From Acidobacteriota bacterium (GTDB lineage: Bacteria > Acidobacteriota > Terriglobia > Acidiferrales > 2-02-FULL-67-57), in assembly GCA_037442885.1 (NCBI GenBank), contig JBBIPK010000004.1, positions 5,804 to 69,803 on the forward strand: a stretch of DNA of 64,000 bases, written 5' to 3'. Shown here in pieces: positions 49,121-61,659 of the stretch. Positions within the stretch are counted from its first letter, which is position 1. Each line of letters begins with the position of its first letter. The notes beneath the pieces are model-generated. The model made no database searches and was not told the DNA's origin. It saw only the letters and a list, made by a program, of their open reading frames with translations. A program made the translations under genes and the position numbers.

Positions 49121-49218
49121 GTCATTCCCAGGGCCGAGGCTTCGGGGCGAGGAATCTGTATTTCTCAGCACACACCGGCTGACAAGCAGATCCCTCGCCC
49201 GTGCGGGCTCGGGATGAC
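49121..49218. repeat. REP/MITE-like palindromic element, family A
   Basis: GTCATTCCCAG..CGAGGAATCTG..CAGATCCCTCG..CTCGGGATGAC. Confidence 0.8.
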
Positions 49219-49243
49219 AGAATAGGGCCTCAAGCTCGGCGCG

Positions 49244-50413
49244 ATGAAGCAGATTGCCTGCGTGGATATGGATGCGTTCTTCGTCTCGGTCGAACTGCTC
49301 TACCGGCCGGAGCTGCGCGGCCAGCCCGTCATCGTGGGCGCGCCGGGCGACCAGCGCGGCGTCGTGGCGGCGGCGAGCTATGAGGCGCGGCAGTTCGGCA
49401 TCCACTCGGCCATGCCCTCGCGCACCGCCAAACGGCTGTGCCCCCAGGCCATCTTCCTGCCGCCGCGCTCTGAGCTCTACGAGGAGTGGTCGGGGAAGGT
49501 GCGCAAGATTCTCGAGCGGTTCACCCCCGTCGTGCAGATGGTTTCGATTGACGAAGCCTACCTCGACCTCACCGGCACCGAGCGCCTGCACGGGAAGGCC
49601 TGGCAGGCGGCGCAGAAAATCCAGCAGGCCATCAACGACGAAACCCAACTGCCATGTTCCATCGGCGTTGCCCGCACCTATCTCGTCGCCAAAGTCGCGA
49701 GCGACCTGGCCAAGCCGCGCGGGCTGCTCTGGGTGCCGCCGGGAACCGAAGCTGCTTTCCTCGCGCCCCTGCCCGTGCGACGCATTCCCGGCATCGGGCC
49801 GGTGACCGAGAAAGCGCTCGCCGCGCTCGGCATCAAGACCGTGGGCGAGCTAGCACGCGTCGAGCGCGCGCGGCTGGAAAAAGACTTCGGCCGCTGGGGC
49901 GAGGCGCTCTATCGGAAGGCGCGCGGGGAGGACAGCGACCTCTGGTTCGTGGATGAGGAGCAGAAGTCCATCTCCCACGAGCGCACCTTCGACCACGACG
50001 TCGCCGACCGGGAGAAGCTCGAGGCTGCCCTGTCCCATCTCGCGCAACTCGTTGCCGGACGCCTGCGCGCGGAAAAGCTCTACGCCCGCACGATCACGCT
50101 CAAGCTCCGCTATGCCAACTTCCAAACCCTGACGCGGGCGCAGACGTTGCCGGAGGCCACTGACCTTGACCGCGCCATCTTCGACACGGCGCGCAAGCTC
50201 TTCGCCCGGCACGGGAAAGCCGGCCGCGCCGTGCGCCTGCTGGGGATTGCCGCAAGCAACCTGGTGGCCGGGCCGGGACAGCTTTCCTTGCTGGAGGAGA
50301 GCCAGCGAGTGCGGCAAGAAGAGCTGGCGCGCGCCACCGACCGCGTCCGCGCCCGCCACGGCGCCGACGCTGTCCGCACCGCCCGCACCCTCCTGCACAA
50401 GCCCTCACGCTAA
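49244..50413 (+). CDS. dinB: DNA polymerase IV
   Basis: VDMDAFFVSVE, SYEARQFG, SIDEAYLD, AKVASD..KP. Confidence 0.95.
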   Translation: MKQIACVDMDAFFVSVELLYRPELRGQPVIVGAPGDQRGVVAAASYEARQFGIHSAMPSRTAKRLCPQAIFLPPRSELYEEWSGKVRKILERFTPVVQMVSIDEAYLDLTGTERLHGKAWQAAQKIQQAINDETQLPCSIGVARTYLVAKVASDLAKPRGLLWVPPGTEAAFLAPLPVRRIPGIGPVTEKALAALGIKTVGELARVERARLEKDFGRWGEALYRKARGEDSDLWFVDEEQKSISHERTFDHDVADREKLEAALSHLAQLVAGRLRAEKLYARTITLKLRYANFQTLTRAQTLPEATDLDRAIFDTARKLFARHGKAGRAVRLLGIAASNLVAGPGQLSLLEESQRVRQEELARATDRVRARHGADAVRTARTLLHKPSR

Positions 50414-50416
50414 CGC

Positions 50417-50557
50417 CTCAGGGGCTAAAGCCCGCCTAAGAGATGGGAGCTGAATGTCAGGGCTGAAGCCCTGACCCGCCTTAAGCGTTGTTTTGGCGGG
50501 GCGGGGTTTCAACCCCGCCGTTCGAGCGTGCCTTCTTCCGGCTTTAGCCGCTGAGGT
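50417..50557. repeat. Cluster of REP-like hairpins, family B
   Basis: CCTCAGGGGCTAAAGCCC..GGCTTTAGCCGCTGAGG outer IR with inner GTCAGGGCTGAAGCCCTGAC and GGCGGGGTTTCAACCCCGCC. Confidence 0.8.
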
Positions 50558-50607
50558 AATCTTTCAGTATCCCGGGTGAGTAGTGACTTGCGGGTATAAT
50601 CGAAACA

Positions 50608-51960
50608 ATGCAGACACTGCGAGAAAAGGCGACCGAAGTGGTGCGCCGGTTGCGTGCTGCCGGCTACGAGGCCTACTTCGTGGGCGGGTGTGTGCGCGAC
50701 CTCGTGCTGGGGCAGGAGCCTGCTGACTACGACGTCGCCACCGATGCCCCACCGGGCGCGGTGATGAAGCTCTTTTCAAAAACCGTAGCCGTGGGCGCGC
50801 GCTTTGGGGTGGTGCTCGTGATCGAAGACGGCGACCAGATCGAGGTCGCCACCTATCGCTCCGACCACGGCTACACCGACGGGCGGCATCCCGACGCGGT
50901 GCGGTTTGCTCGCAGCGCCGAGGAGGACGTCCGGCGGCGCGATTTCACCATCAACGGCCTGCTCTTCGACCCGCTCGCCGGCAAGGTGCTGGACTACGTG
51001 GGCGGCCAGGATGACATCCGAGCGGGCATCATCCGAACGATTGGCAGCCCGCGGGAGCGCTTCGCGGAGGACAAGCTGCGGATGCTGCGCGCGATTCGCT
51101 TTGCCGCGCGCTTTGCCTATCGGATTGAGCCGGAAACCTTCCGCGCCATTCAAGCCGAGTGCCGCGAGATTGAAGTGGTGTCGAAGGAGCGGGTCCGGGA
51201 TGAGCTGGTGAAGATGCTGACCGAAGGGCAGGCGCGGCGGGCGATGGAGTTGCTGGATGAGTCGGGGCTGCTGGCGGTCATCCTGCCAGAGGTCGCCCGG
51301 ATGAAAGGCGTGCCCCAGCCGCCCCAGTTTCATCCGGAGGGCGATGTGTGGGTGCACACGTTGCTGCTGCTGGAAAAGATGGAGAAGCCGAGCGTCACGC
51401 TGGCGCTGGCGGCGCTCCTGCACGATGTGGGCAAGCCGCCGACGCTGCGGCTGCCCGATGGGCCGGAGGAGCGCATCCGCTTCGACGAGCACGCGGATGT
51501 GGGCGCGGTGATGGCGGAGGAGATTCTGCGGCGGCTGCGGTTTTCGAACGAGGAAATCGAGCAGGTGGCGGCGCTGGTGCGGCATCACCTGCGCTTCAAG
51601 GATGCGCCCAAGATGCGCCCGAGCACGCTCAAGCGTTTCCTGGCGTTGGAGCGCTTCGAGGAGCACCTGGAGCTGCACCGGCTCGACTGCCTGGCCAGCC
51701 ACGGCCAACTCGATAACTACGAGTTCGTGCGCCGCGCTCGGGAGACGATGCCGCCGGAAGAGATTCGTCCGCCGCGCCTGTTGACCGGGGACGACCTGAG
51801 GGCCATGGGCTACCAGCCCGGACCCGAGATGGGGCGCATCCTGGCGGCGGTGGAGGAGGCGCAACTGGAGGGTACACTGAAGACGCGGGAAGAGGCGCAG
51901 GCGTTCGTGCTGCGGAACTTCGCCCCCGGGGAGGCAAAATGGCTGAACGGGCGCGGGTAG
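50608..51960 (+). CDS. cca: CCA tRNA nucleotidyltransferase with HD domain
   Basis: VGGCVRD, DYDVAT, RRDFTIN, EDKLRMLRAIRF, HPEGDVWVHT, LLHDVGK; TATAAT 7 nt upstream. Confidence 0.9.
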   Translation: MQTLREKATEVVRRLRAAGYEAYFVGGCVRDLVLGQEPADYDVATDAPPGAVMKLFSKTVAVGARFGVVLVIEDGDQIEVATYRSDHGYTDGRHPDAVRFARSAEEDVRRRDFTINGLLFDPLAGKVLDYVGGQDDIRAGIIRTIGSPRERFAEDKLRMLRAIRFAARFAYRIEPETFRAIQAECREIEVVSKERVRDELVKMLTEGQARRAMELLDESGLLAVILPEVARMKGVPQPPQFHPEGDVWVHTLLLLEKMEKPSVTLALAALLHDVGKPPTLRLPDGPEERIRFDEHADVGAVMAEEILRRLRFSNEEIEQVAALVRHHLRFKDAPKMRPSTLKRFLALERFEEHLELHRLDCLASHGQLDNYEFVRRARETMPPEEIRPPRLLTGDDLRAMGYQPGPEMGRILAAVEEAQLEGTLKTREEAQAFVLRNFAPGEAKWLNGRG

Positions 51961-51988
51961 GCGGGACTGTCAGCGAAGAGGGAACGGG

Positions 51989-52216
51989 CTAGCGGAGAAT
52001 CAGGAGCATCACGGCGCCGACCAGAAAGACCGTGGCCAGCACCACGATGCCCTCCAGCAGCCAGAGCCGCCGCTCATCGGCAGAAGGCTGGAGCCAACCG
52101 ATGCGTTGCAGCATGGCTGCGCCCCGACGAGCCACCGCGCGCGCCAGGAACCCCTCCCGGCCCAAGGCTCCGGAGGAGGGACTGGCGGGAGATGAACTTT
52201 CAGAGGATTCCAGCAT
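51989..52216 (-). CDS. Small hypothetical membrane protein
   Basis: C-terminal TM helix; fills the gap between cca and lon. Confidence 0.5.
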   Translation of the reverse strand: MLESSESSSPASPSSGALGREGFLARAVARRGAAMLQRIGWLQPSADERRLWLLEGIVVLATVFLVGAVMLLILR

Positions 52217-52473
52217 TGGCTAGCACCGCGGAAGAGCCTCTATTATCTTGCGGCAGGGTTGGGGAAGTCAAGCTCCGTCCCTGCCAACAGCCCTCTGGGG
52301 GCAGATGAGCCTACGGAGAGAATACAGGGAGAGCTCGAATGCAGGTCGTCCCTGTTCGTAACGAATTGAGGTTACGCGACTTATGTCTGTACGCCTATCC
52401 ACATGGGAGTTAGCAGATTCCTTGATATTGACAAATTCATATTCCTGACCTAGCCTAGCCCTTGAGGTGAAGA

Positions 52474-54891
<2,418 letters not shown>

Positions 54892-54895
54892 TTAG

Positions 54896-54947
54896 CAGTC
54901 CTCAGGTTTCAGTTCTCAGTTCTCAGTTTTCAGTTATCAGTCTTCAG
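54896..54947. repeat. Tandem heptamer repeat (CAGTTCT-like)x7
   Basis: Read directly after the lon stop codon. Confidence 0.88.
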
Positions 54948-55055
54948 AGCAGAGCCTCCAGGATGTAATCCCGAGCGGGGAGCCGATCCTTGCTCCGATG
55001 GGGCGGGGCGGGGTAGAGTGGGCGCGCCCGATTCGGGCGCGCATTCGTGCTCGCC

Positions 55056-56603
55056 ATGGAATCACCCGAAAGTATCGACGACAGCTCCGAACTGGGGCAG
55101 CTTTCGCCGCTGGAAGAAAGGTTCGAGCGGGAGCGGAAGCGCTGGGGCTTGTGGACCGGGCCGCTGCTGGCGCTGGTGGTGTACTTCTGGCTGGCAGCGA
55201 ACTACGCCCCGGGCCCGCGGCGGCTGGCGGCGGTCTTGACCCTCGTCATCACCTACTGGGTCACAGAAGCGATTCCGATTCCGGTGACCGCGCTGGTGGG
55301 GCCGGCGCTGTGCGTGCTGCTGGGAGTGGGCGCGGCGCCGGGCGTGTTTGCGAGTTTCGCCGACCCCATCATCTTTGTTTTTCTGGGCAGCTTTCTGCTG
55401 GCGCGGGCGATGGCGGTGAACGGGCTCGACCGCCGGGTGGCGTTGTGGGTGCTGTCGCTGCGCGGGGTGGGCCAGTCGGCGTTTCGCGTGCTGGTGGCCG
55501 CGAGCGCGGTGGCGGTGGGGATGTCGATGTGGGTCAGCAACACGGCCACGACCGCCATTCTCTATCCCATCGTTCTGGGCGTCCTGGGCACACTGGTCGC
55601 AGTCAGAGGGAGGGCGGCGGGCGGGCGGCGCTACGCCACGGGGGTGCTCCTGGGGGTTGCGTACGGTTCCTCGGTCGGGGGGATTGCGACGCCGGTGGGC
55701 TCACCTCCGAACCTGATCGGGTTGGGGATGATCGAGAACCTGGCGCAGCGGAAGATCACCTTCTTCGAGTGGATGACGCTGAACCTGCCGCTGGTGGCGG
55801 TGACGTTCGTGGCGATGGTGGTGCTGCTGGGAGGACTGCATCCGGGGCCGCGCGGGCGGCTGGAGGGGCTGGGGCAACGATTGCGGGAGTTGCGGGGGGA
55901 ATTGGCGCCCTGGGGGCGCGCGCAGAGCTACACGCTGGCGGCGTTTCTGGTGGCGGTGACCTTGTGGCTGCTGCCGGGGATTTTGCTGGTGGCGCGGGGC
56001 GTCGAAGACCCTGTGGCGCGGGCCGTGAGTGCGCGCCTGCCGGAAGGGGTGGCAGCATTGGCGGGCGCGGCGCTGCTGTTTCTGCTGCCGCTTGACTGGC
56101 GCGCGGGACCCGCGGGCGGATCTGCGCTGCCGTGGCGCGAGGCGGTGAGGATTGATTGGGGAACCATCCTGCTTTTCGGCGGCGGGTTGAGCCTGGGACG
56201 GATGATGTACGAGACCGGGCTGGCCCAGGTCTGGGCCAATAGCCTGCTCGCGACCACGGGGATCACGAGCCTCTGGGGGATTACGGCCGCCTCGATCTTG
56301 ATTGCGCTGCTGATTACGGAAACCACCTCGAACACGGCCGCGGCCAGCATGGTGGTGCCGGTGGCGATTGCGGTGGCGCAGGGCGCCGGCGTCTCGCCGC
56401 TGCCGCCGGCGCTGGGGGCGACGCTGGCCGCCAGCTTCGCCTTCATGCTGCCGGTCTCGACCCCGCCGAATGCGATTGTCTATGGCTCGGGGCAGGTCTC
56501 CATCCTGGCCATGCTGCGCGCGGGCGTGCTGCTGGACTTGATCGGGGGCGTGGTTATCTGGCTGGGGCTGCGGTTGCTCTGCCCGGCGCTGGGACTGGTG
56601 TGA
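55056..56603 (+). CDS. SLC13/DASS family anion:sodium symporter
   Basis: SMWVSNTAT, TPVGSPPN, TETTSNTA, FMLPVSTPPNAIV. Confidence 0.93.
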   Translation: MESPESIDDSSELGQLSPLEERFERERKRWGLWTGPLLALVVYFWLAANYAPGPRRLAAVLTLVITYWVTEAIPIPVTALVGPALCVLLGVGAAPGVFASFADPIIFVFLGSFLLARAMAVNGLDRRVALWVLSLRGVGQSAFRVLVAASAVAVGMSMWVSNTATTAILYPIVLGVLGTLVAVRGRAAGGRRYATGVLLGVAYGSSVGGIATPVGSPPNLIGLGMIENLAQRKITFFEWMTLNLPLVAVTFVAMVVLLGGLHPGPRGRLEGLGQRLRELRGELAPWGRAQSYTLAAFLVAVTLWLLPGILLVARGVEDPVARAVSARLPEGVAALAGAALLFLLPLDWRAGPAGGSALPWREAVRIDWGTILLFGGGLSLGRMMYETGLAQVWANSLLATTGITSLWGITAASILIALLITETTSNTAAASMVVPVAIAVAQGAGVSPLPPALGATLAASFAFMLPVSTPPNAIVYGSGQVSILAMLRAGVLLDLIGGVVIWLGLRLLCPALGLV

Positions 56604-56641
56604 GGCAAGCCCCTTGCTCACCCGGAGCAGAGTCTTGAGTC

Positions 56642-56667
56642 TGAACAAATAGAGCGTTTCTTGCGTA
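56642..56667 (+). promoter_or_regulatory. Possible ECF-sigma promoter
   Basis: TGAAC-17bp-CGTA upstream of the DUF4097 pair. Confidence 0.35.
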
Positions 56668-56704
56668 TGTAAGGGCAAGGGGAACTTTGTCTGGAGGGGA
56701 AACA

Positions 56705-57703
56705 ATGACGACGGTCTGGCGGGAACGGGGACGAGTGTGGCTGCTGCTCGCGGTGGCGCTGGCAGCGGCGCCGGCGCTGGCTGGCAGCGTGTTCAGCGCC
56801 GTGGGGTCGTTCGAGCGCACCTTGAGCGTGACCGGGCCGGTGGCGCTGGACGTGACGACAGGCTCGGGCAACATCCAGATTCGCGCCGGCGAGTCCGGCC
56901 GCGTGCGCGTCTTCGGGCGGATTCGCGCCACGCGGGGTTTTCTGGGCGGCAGCCGTGGTGCGGAGGAAAAAGTCCGGTATCTGGAGGCCAATCCACCCGT
57001 CGAGCAGAGCGGGAATTCGATCCGCATCGGCTACATCGAGCAGGAAGAGCTGCGGCGCAACATTTCCATCAGCTACGAGATCGAGGCCCCTGTCGAGACG
57101 CGGGTGAAGGCGCATACAGGCTCGGGCAACCAGACGATTGAAGGCGTGAAGGGTCCGGTCGAGGCGGGGACGGGCTCGGGCGAGTTGCACATCAGCGGCA
57201 TTGGCGGCGAAGTGCGGGCCAGCACCGGCTCGGGCGACATCGAGCTGGACTCCGTCCAGGGCATGGTGCGCGCCGACACCGGCAGCGGCACCATCCGCGC
57301 ATTTGGGGTTGGTGGAACCTTCATCGCTGAAACCGGCAGCGGCAACGTGGTGGCGGAGTTGACCAAGGGGGGCGACGCCGAAGTCGGCACCGGCTCCGGC
57401 AACATCGAGGTGCGCGGGGTGCGGGGCGGCGTGCGCGCCAGCACCGGCAGCGGCAACATCCGGATTGAGGGCGAGCCAACGGGGACGTGGAAGTTGGAAG
57501 CGGGCTCGGGCGGGATTGCCCTGCGGCTACCGGCCAACGCGGCCTTCGAGCTGAACGCCCGCACCGGCTCCGGTTCGATCTCGAGCGACCACCCTATTAC
57601 CGTTCAGGGAACCTTCGGCCGGCGGCAGTTGCGCGGCACGGTGCGGGGCGGCGGGCCGCTGATTGACGTGCACACAGCTTCGGGGAATATTCGAATTGAA
57701 TAA
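56705..57703 (+). CDS. DUF4097 beta-strand repeat protein (TGSG repeats)
   Basis: Signal peptide; repeated xTGSGxI units. Confidence 0.88.
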   Translation: MTTVWRERGRVWLLLAVALAAAPALAGSVFSAVGSFERTLSVTGPVALDVTTGSGNIQIRAGESGRVRVFGRIRATRGFLGGSRGAEEKVRYLEANPPVEQSGNSIRIGYIEQEELRRNISISYEIEAPVETRVKAHTGSGNQTIEGVKGPVEAGTGSGELHISGIGGEVRASTGSGDIELDSVQGMVRADTGSGTIRAFGVGGTFIAETGSGNVVAELTKGGDAEVGTGSGNIEVRGVRGGVRASTGSGNIRIEGEPTGTWKLEAGSGGIALRLPANAAFELNARTGSGSISSDHPITVQGTFGRRQLRGTVRGGGPLIDVHTASGNIRIE

Positions 57704-57745
57704 GCGAAAGGTTCAAGGGTTGCCGAGTTGCAGGGAGGAAGAGCG

Positions 57746-58585
57746 ATGAGAGACAGGCTTTTCATTCTCGCTCTGGCTACAGTGCTCCTGCCGTCGGCCC
57801 TGCTCGCGCAGAGCCCGCAGCGGAAGGAGTTCAGGCGCACGGTGGCCTTGCAGCCAGGGGGCTACCTGACGCTGGAAACCTACAAAGGAAGCATCCGCCT
57901 GAGCCCGTGGGAGCAGAACCAGGTGGAGATTACGGCCGAGATCGAACCAGCCGAGGACACGAGCGAGGCCTACGCCCGCCGCTCGGTGGAAGCGACGGAA
58001 GTGGACGTTTGGGGCTCGGGGCGCTCGGTGACGATCCGCTCCGACTACGACGCCGTGCCATGCGAGGAGCGGTTCCCTTGGCCGGGCTGCTCCAAGACGC
58101 TTCCCTACGTTCATTATGTCATTCGCGCCCCGCGCAGGCTCAACCTGCGTATCAAGGACTACAAGTCGGAGATTGACCTGACCGAGCTCGACGGCCGACT
58201 GGAGGTGGACACCTACAAGGGCACGCTGCGCGCGCAGGGGTTGACAGGCGACATGCGGTTGGAGACCTACAAGGGAACCGTCAAAGGAGTGGGCTTGCGC
58301 GGAGGTCTGCGGGCGGAAACCTACAAAGGCGAGATGCGCTTGGAGGCAGCGCTGGAAGACCGCTCGCGACTGGAAACCTACAAAGGGACGATCGAGTTGC
58401 AGTTGCCCGCGACCCAGCGCTTATCCGTGCGGGGCGAGATGAGCCGGCGCGCCGACTTTGTGAGTGATTTTGAGATGGCCGTGCGGGCGCTGGGCGGCGA
58501 GCGCCTGGAGGGACACATCAACGGCGGCGGGCCGGAGTTAGAGATCTACTCGCGCCGGGGAACCATCCGCCTGCGGCGGCGCTAG
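57746..58585 (+). CDS. DUF4097-like beta-strand repeat protein (TYKG repeats)
   Basis: Signal peptide; repeated (E/D)TYKG units; INGGGP C-terminus. Confidence 0.8.
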   Translation: MRDRLFILALATVLLPSALLAQSPQRKEFRRTVALQPGGYLTLETYKGSIRLSPWEQNQVEITAEIEPAEDTSEAYARRSVEATEVDVWGSGRSVTIRSDYDAVPCEERFPWPGCSKTLPYVHYVIRAPRRLNLRIKDYKSEIDLTELDGRLEVDTYKGTLRAQGLTGDMRLETYKGTVKGVGLRGGLRAETYKGEMRLEAALEDRSRLETYKGTIELQLPATQRLSVRGEMSRRADFVSDFEMAVRALGGERLEGHINGGGPELEIYSRRGTIRLRRR

Positions 58586-58602
58586 GCGCGGGGCGCGATC
58601 CG

Positions 58603-59028
58603 TTAGTCGCGATAGAGCCAGCCGGCAGCCAGCGTCGCCAGCAGCGCGCCCACCCAGAGGTCGAGCATCCACCAGAGCGGGAGGTAGCGGTCAAAGGACG
58701 CCCAGGTGGCGAGGGAGAAGTTCATCGGAAAGCCGGCAATGAAACCCACGGCCAGGCCGACCTTGGCGGCGGTGGCGGGTCCGGGGCCGGCGATGGTGCG
58801 GACGTTGGCGTAGAGCCGGGCAGCGAGATAGGTGACGGCGAAGATAGTCAGAATCCAGACGGGAACGAAGTAGGGGTAGCGCGCGTCTTTGAGCAAGTGC
58901 TCCGCCTCCTGTGCGGCGGTGTAACGGGAAGCCAGCACGACGTTGTTCACCACCGTTGTCCAGATAACCCAGACAATCCCACCCGCCACTGTCCCCAGCA
59001 AGAGCCGACGCTGATTGATGGCAGCCAT
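58603..59028 (-). CDS. Hypothetical 4-TM membrane protein
   Basis: SD GGAGG, hydrophobic helices, GPGPATA motif. Confidence 0.75.
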   Translation of the reverse strand: MAAINQRRLLLGTVAGGIVWVIWTTVVNNVVLASRYTAAQEAEHLLKDARYPYFVPVWILTIFAVTYLAARLYANVRTIAGPGPATAAKVGLAVGFIAGFPMNFSLATWASFDRYLPLWWMLDLWVGALLATLAAGWLYRD

Positions 59029-59273
59029 GGACGCCCTCCTCGGAGGAATCCCGGACGGTACTTGAGCGGGGATGCTAACGGGGTGCGGGAATCATGTCAA
59101 GAACGGCGCTGAATGGGCAGCGATGAACATTGAACAATGAGGTTGCGTGGGCGGCGCCTGCCTAGGATAGAGGGAGTCAGTAGTAATCTTCAATTGGGGG
59201 AGGATGATTCTCGTATCAACCGGCGGTATACCAAAGGGGCCAATGCATTTTTCGACCTTGGAGGCGACATTAA

Positions 59274-59805
59274 ATGAGGAGAATTATCGTTTCTCTCTTT
59301 GTTAGTGTTGGTACTTGCTGCAGCTGCCTACGCGCAGCTGTATGCCACGCTGCGCGAGGAGGTACGGGCACGGGGTTTCGCCCGGCACGTTCTTGCCTAT
59401 CCCGATGATTTCGAGCTGGCCACATTCGACGTTCTTGTGACGCGCAGCGATGTCATCGTCCGGGGCCGCGTGGTGGATGAAAGCACACGACTTTCAGCTA
59501 GTGAGAGTACTGTACTGACTGACTACATCATTGAAGTCTTGGAGGTCTTCAAAGACCCGCAGCGGCTGGCGCCCGTCGGTAGCCGGCTGCGCGTAACTAG
59601 ACGCGGCGGAAACCTTGTGCTCGAAGGCAAGCCTGTAAGCGTGGAAACCCCGTATTTCCCCCCCGTCCCCTGGATTGCCCCACATCTGTTTGGACCGTCC
59701 CCGCTGGGCTTACGACGTCTTCTTCGCGGTAGCCCGCTAACTCCGAGTCCTGTGAGGTGCGCTCCTCTGAACAATCGAGTTGCGCCGGCGGCGGCGTCTG
59801 CCTAG
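59274..59805 (+). pseudogene. Frameshifted and truncated secreted protein
   Basis: MRRIIVSL (ATG 59274) is one base out of frame with LLVLVLAAAAYAQ; body has SDVIVRGRV..TDY..GG; tail degenerates. Confidence 0.6.
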
Positions 59806-59842
59806 GATAGGGGCACCCGGAAGAAATCAGAGGAGGCGAAGG

Positions 59843-60898
59843 ATGAGGCGAGGGCGGCGGTATCTGGCAGTGGGGATCTTGACTGTGCTCGGGCTGGCAC
59901 TGATGGCGTGCCAGCGCGAGCCGGAGTTGGCGGAGCCGGTGGCGTGGCCGGAGATTGCGGCCTACGAGAAAATGAAAATTCCCGCCGACAACCCGCTGTC
60001 GGCGGCGAAGGTGGAGCTGGGCAAGCAGCTCTACTACGACCCGCGGCTGAGCGGCGACGGCTCGCGCTCCTGCTACTCCTGTCATCTGGCCGAGCATGGG
60101 CTAACCGACGGCAAGCCCAAGGCCATCGGCGCCTACAACGCAGCGTTGCCGCGCTCCAGCCCCACGCTCTGGAACATCGGCTACCACGCCGAGTTTTACT
60201 GGGACGGGCGCAGCGGCTCGCTCGAGGCGCAGGCCAAAGCGGCCTGGACGGGCGGCAACATGGGGGTCTCGGGCAAGGACGGTCGGCCGAGCGTGGACGA
60301 CATCTGCGCCAAACTCAACCAGATTCGCGCTTACCGGCGGCAGTTCGAGCGCGTGTTCGGCCAGCCGTGCACGCCGGACAACGTGGTGAAGGCGATCAGC
60401 GCGTTTGAGCGGACGATCGTGGCGAACGAGTCGGCCTGGATCCGCTTTCGCGCGGGCGACGAGAACGCGCTGAGCGAGGCCGCCCGGAGAGGCTGGCAGG
60501 TGTTCAGCGGCAAGGCTGGCTGCACCGGCTGCCACGACGGTTTGCTGCTGACCGATTTGCAGTACCACAACGTCGGCATTGGTTGGGACGCGAAGAAGAA
60601 GGAGTTTGCCGACGTCGGCCGCGTCAAGGTGACGAACAACGAGCGTGACACCGGCGCCTTCAAGACCCCGACCTTGCTCGACATCAGCAAGTCAGCGCCC
60701 TATTTCCACGACGGCAGCGTCGCCACGCTGGAAGAGGCCGTGGATCTGATGCTGGGCGGCGGGATTGCCAACCCGCAACTCGACCGCACGAACCTGAAAC
60801 GCGTCAAGCTGACCAAGCAGGAGCGAGACGACCTGCTCGCCTTCCTGCGCGCGCTGGACGTGGACTACCGGGTGACGCCGCCCAAGCTGCCGGAATAG
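59843..60898 (+). CDS. Diheme cytochrome c peroxidase/MauG family lipoprotein
   Basis: CYSCH and CTGCH, YWDGR, FKTPTL, PYFHDG; lipobox LMAC. Confidence 0.92.
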   Translation: MRRGRRYLAVGILTVLGLALMACQREPELAEPVAWPEIAAYEKMKIPADNPLSAAKVELGKQLYYDPRLSGDGSRSCYSCHLAEHGLTDGKPKAIGAYNAALPRSSPTLWNIGYHAEFYWDGRSGSLEAQAKAAWTGGNMGVSGKDGRPSVDDICAKLNQIRAYRRQFERVFGQPCTPDNVVKAISAFERTIVANESAWIRFRAGDENALSEAARRGWQVFSGKAGCTGCHDGLLLTDLQYHNVGIGWDAKKKEFADVGRVKVTNNERDTGAFKTPTLLDISKSAPYFHDGSVATLEEAVDLMLGGGIANPQLDRTNLKRVKLTKQERDDLLAFLRALDVDYRVTPPKLPE

Positions 60899-60938
60899 AC
60901 GGCCATCCTCGGGCAGCTCATTAGCCGAAACAGGAATC

Positions 60939-61055
60939 CCTCAGGGGCTTCCCGCTGCGCGGGATCTCCGCTCGTCCCGAATGCTTTCGGGACTTGCTCC
61001 GAAAAGCCCCTATTATTTTTCACCCCTTTTGGCGGCACGACTGAAGTCGTGCCCT
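60939..61055. repeat. REP-like hairpins, family B
   Basis: CCTCAGGGGCTT..AAGCCCC and GGCACGACTGAAGTCGTGCC between convergent genes. Confidence 0.75.
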
Positions 61056-61062
61056 CCCGGGT

Positions 61063-61596
61063 TTAGCCGCCGCCGGCTTTGAAGACGATGCCAAAGCCGA
61101 GGCGGATGTTGTTCATCCACTCTCCACCAGTACCGAACAGATCCAGCCGCGTGGGGAGGTAGTCAAACTGGATGACGCGGACGGCGAAGCGCTCGTTCAG
61201 GCTGATGTCGGCGCCGCCGCCGAAGCCCATGGCGAAGCCGGTTTCCGAGCCTCCCCCGCCGCGGAGCGTGGCCGCGCCGAAGAGCATATGGGTAAAGGCG
61301 TTGACGTTCTCGCCCCGGCTGACGAAGCGCAAGCCTCCCATGTATTGGTAGAACTGGAAGTTTGTCCCGGCAATGCTCTTGAAGTCGACGCCGAAGTCGC
61401 CCACGATGCCCCAGCTCGGGCCTCGGTTGGCCGCCCCCTGGAACTGGAAACCGTACCCAAAGGTTTCCCGCGCCAGGACGAAATCCACGCTGGCCAGGGA
61501 GTAGCCCGCGAAGATTTCCGCCGACGGAGCCTCCTGCGCCTGGACGGGAAGCCCGGCCAGAAGTAACAAACCTGCCAGAAGTGTAGCTTTTCTCAT
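61063..61596 (-). CDS. Small outer membrane beta-barrel protein
   Basis: Signal peptide, EIFAGYS, YMGGLRF, FAMGFGGGAD. Confidence 0.85.
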   Translation of the reverse strand: MRKATLLAGLLLLAGLPVQAQEAPSAEIFAGYSLASVDFVLARETFGYGFQFQGAANRGPSWGIVGDFGVDFKSIAGTNFQFYQYMGGLRFVSRGENVNAFTHMLFGAATLRGGGGSETGFAMGFGGGADISLNERFAVRVIQFDYLPTRLDLFGTGGEWMNNIRLGFGIVFKAGGG

Positions 61597-61659
61597 TCTC
61601 GCCCTCCCCCTTGCGTGCTTTCGCCGAATGGTCGCGACAGCCTACACGAGAAGGGGCTG

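Noticed and set aside
50417-50557. CRISPR-like or tRNA-like structure
   Set aside because: No identical direct repeats with spacers and no cloverleaf or T-loop; fits REP hairpins.
52410-52436. Possible CIRCE element upstream of lon
   Set aside because: Only TTAGCA matches; no convincing right arm of TTAGCACTC-N9-GAGTGCTAA.
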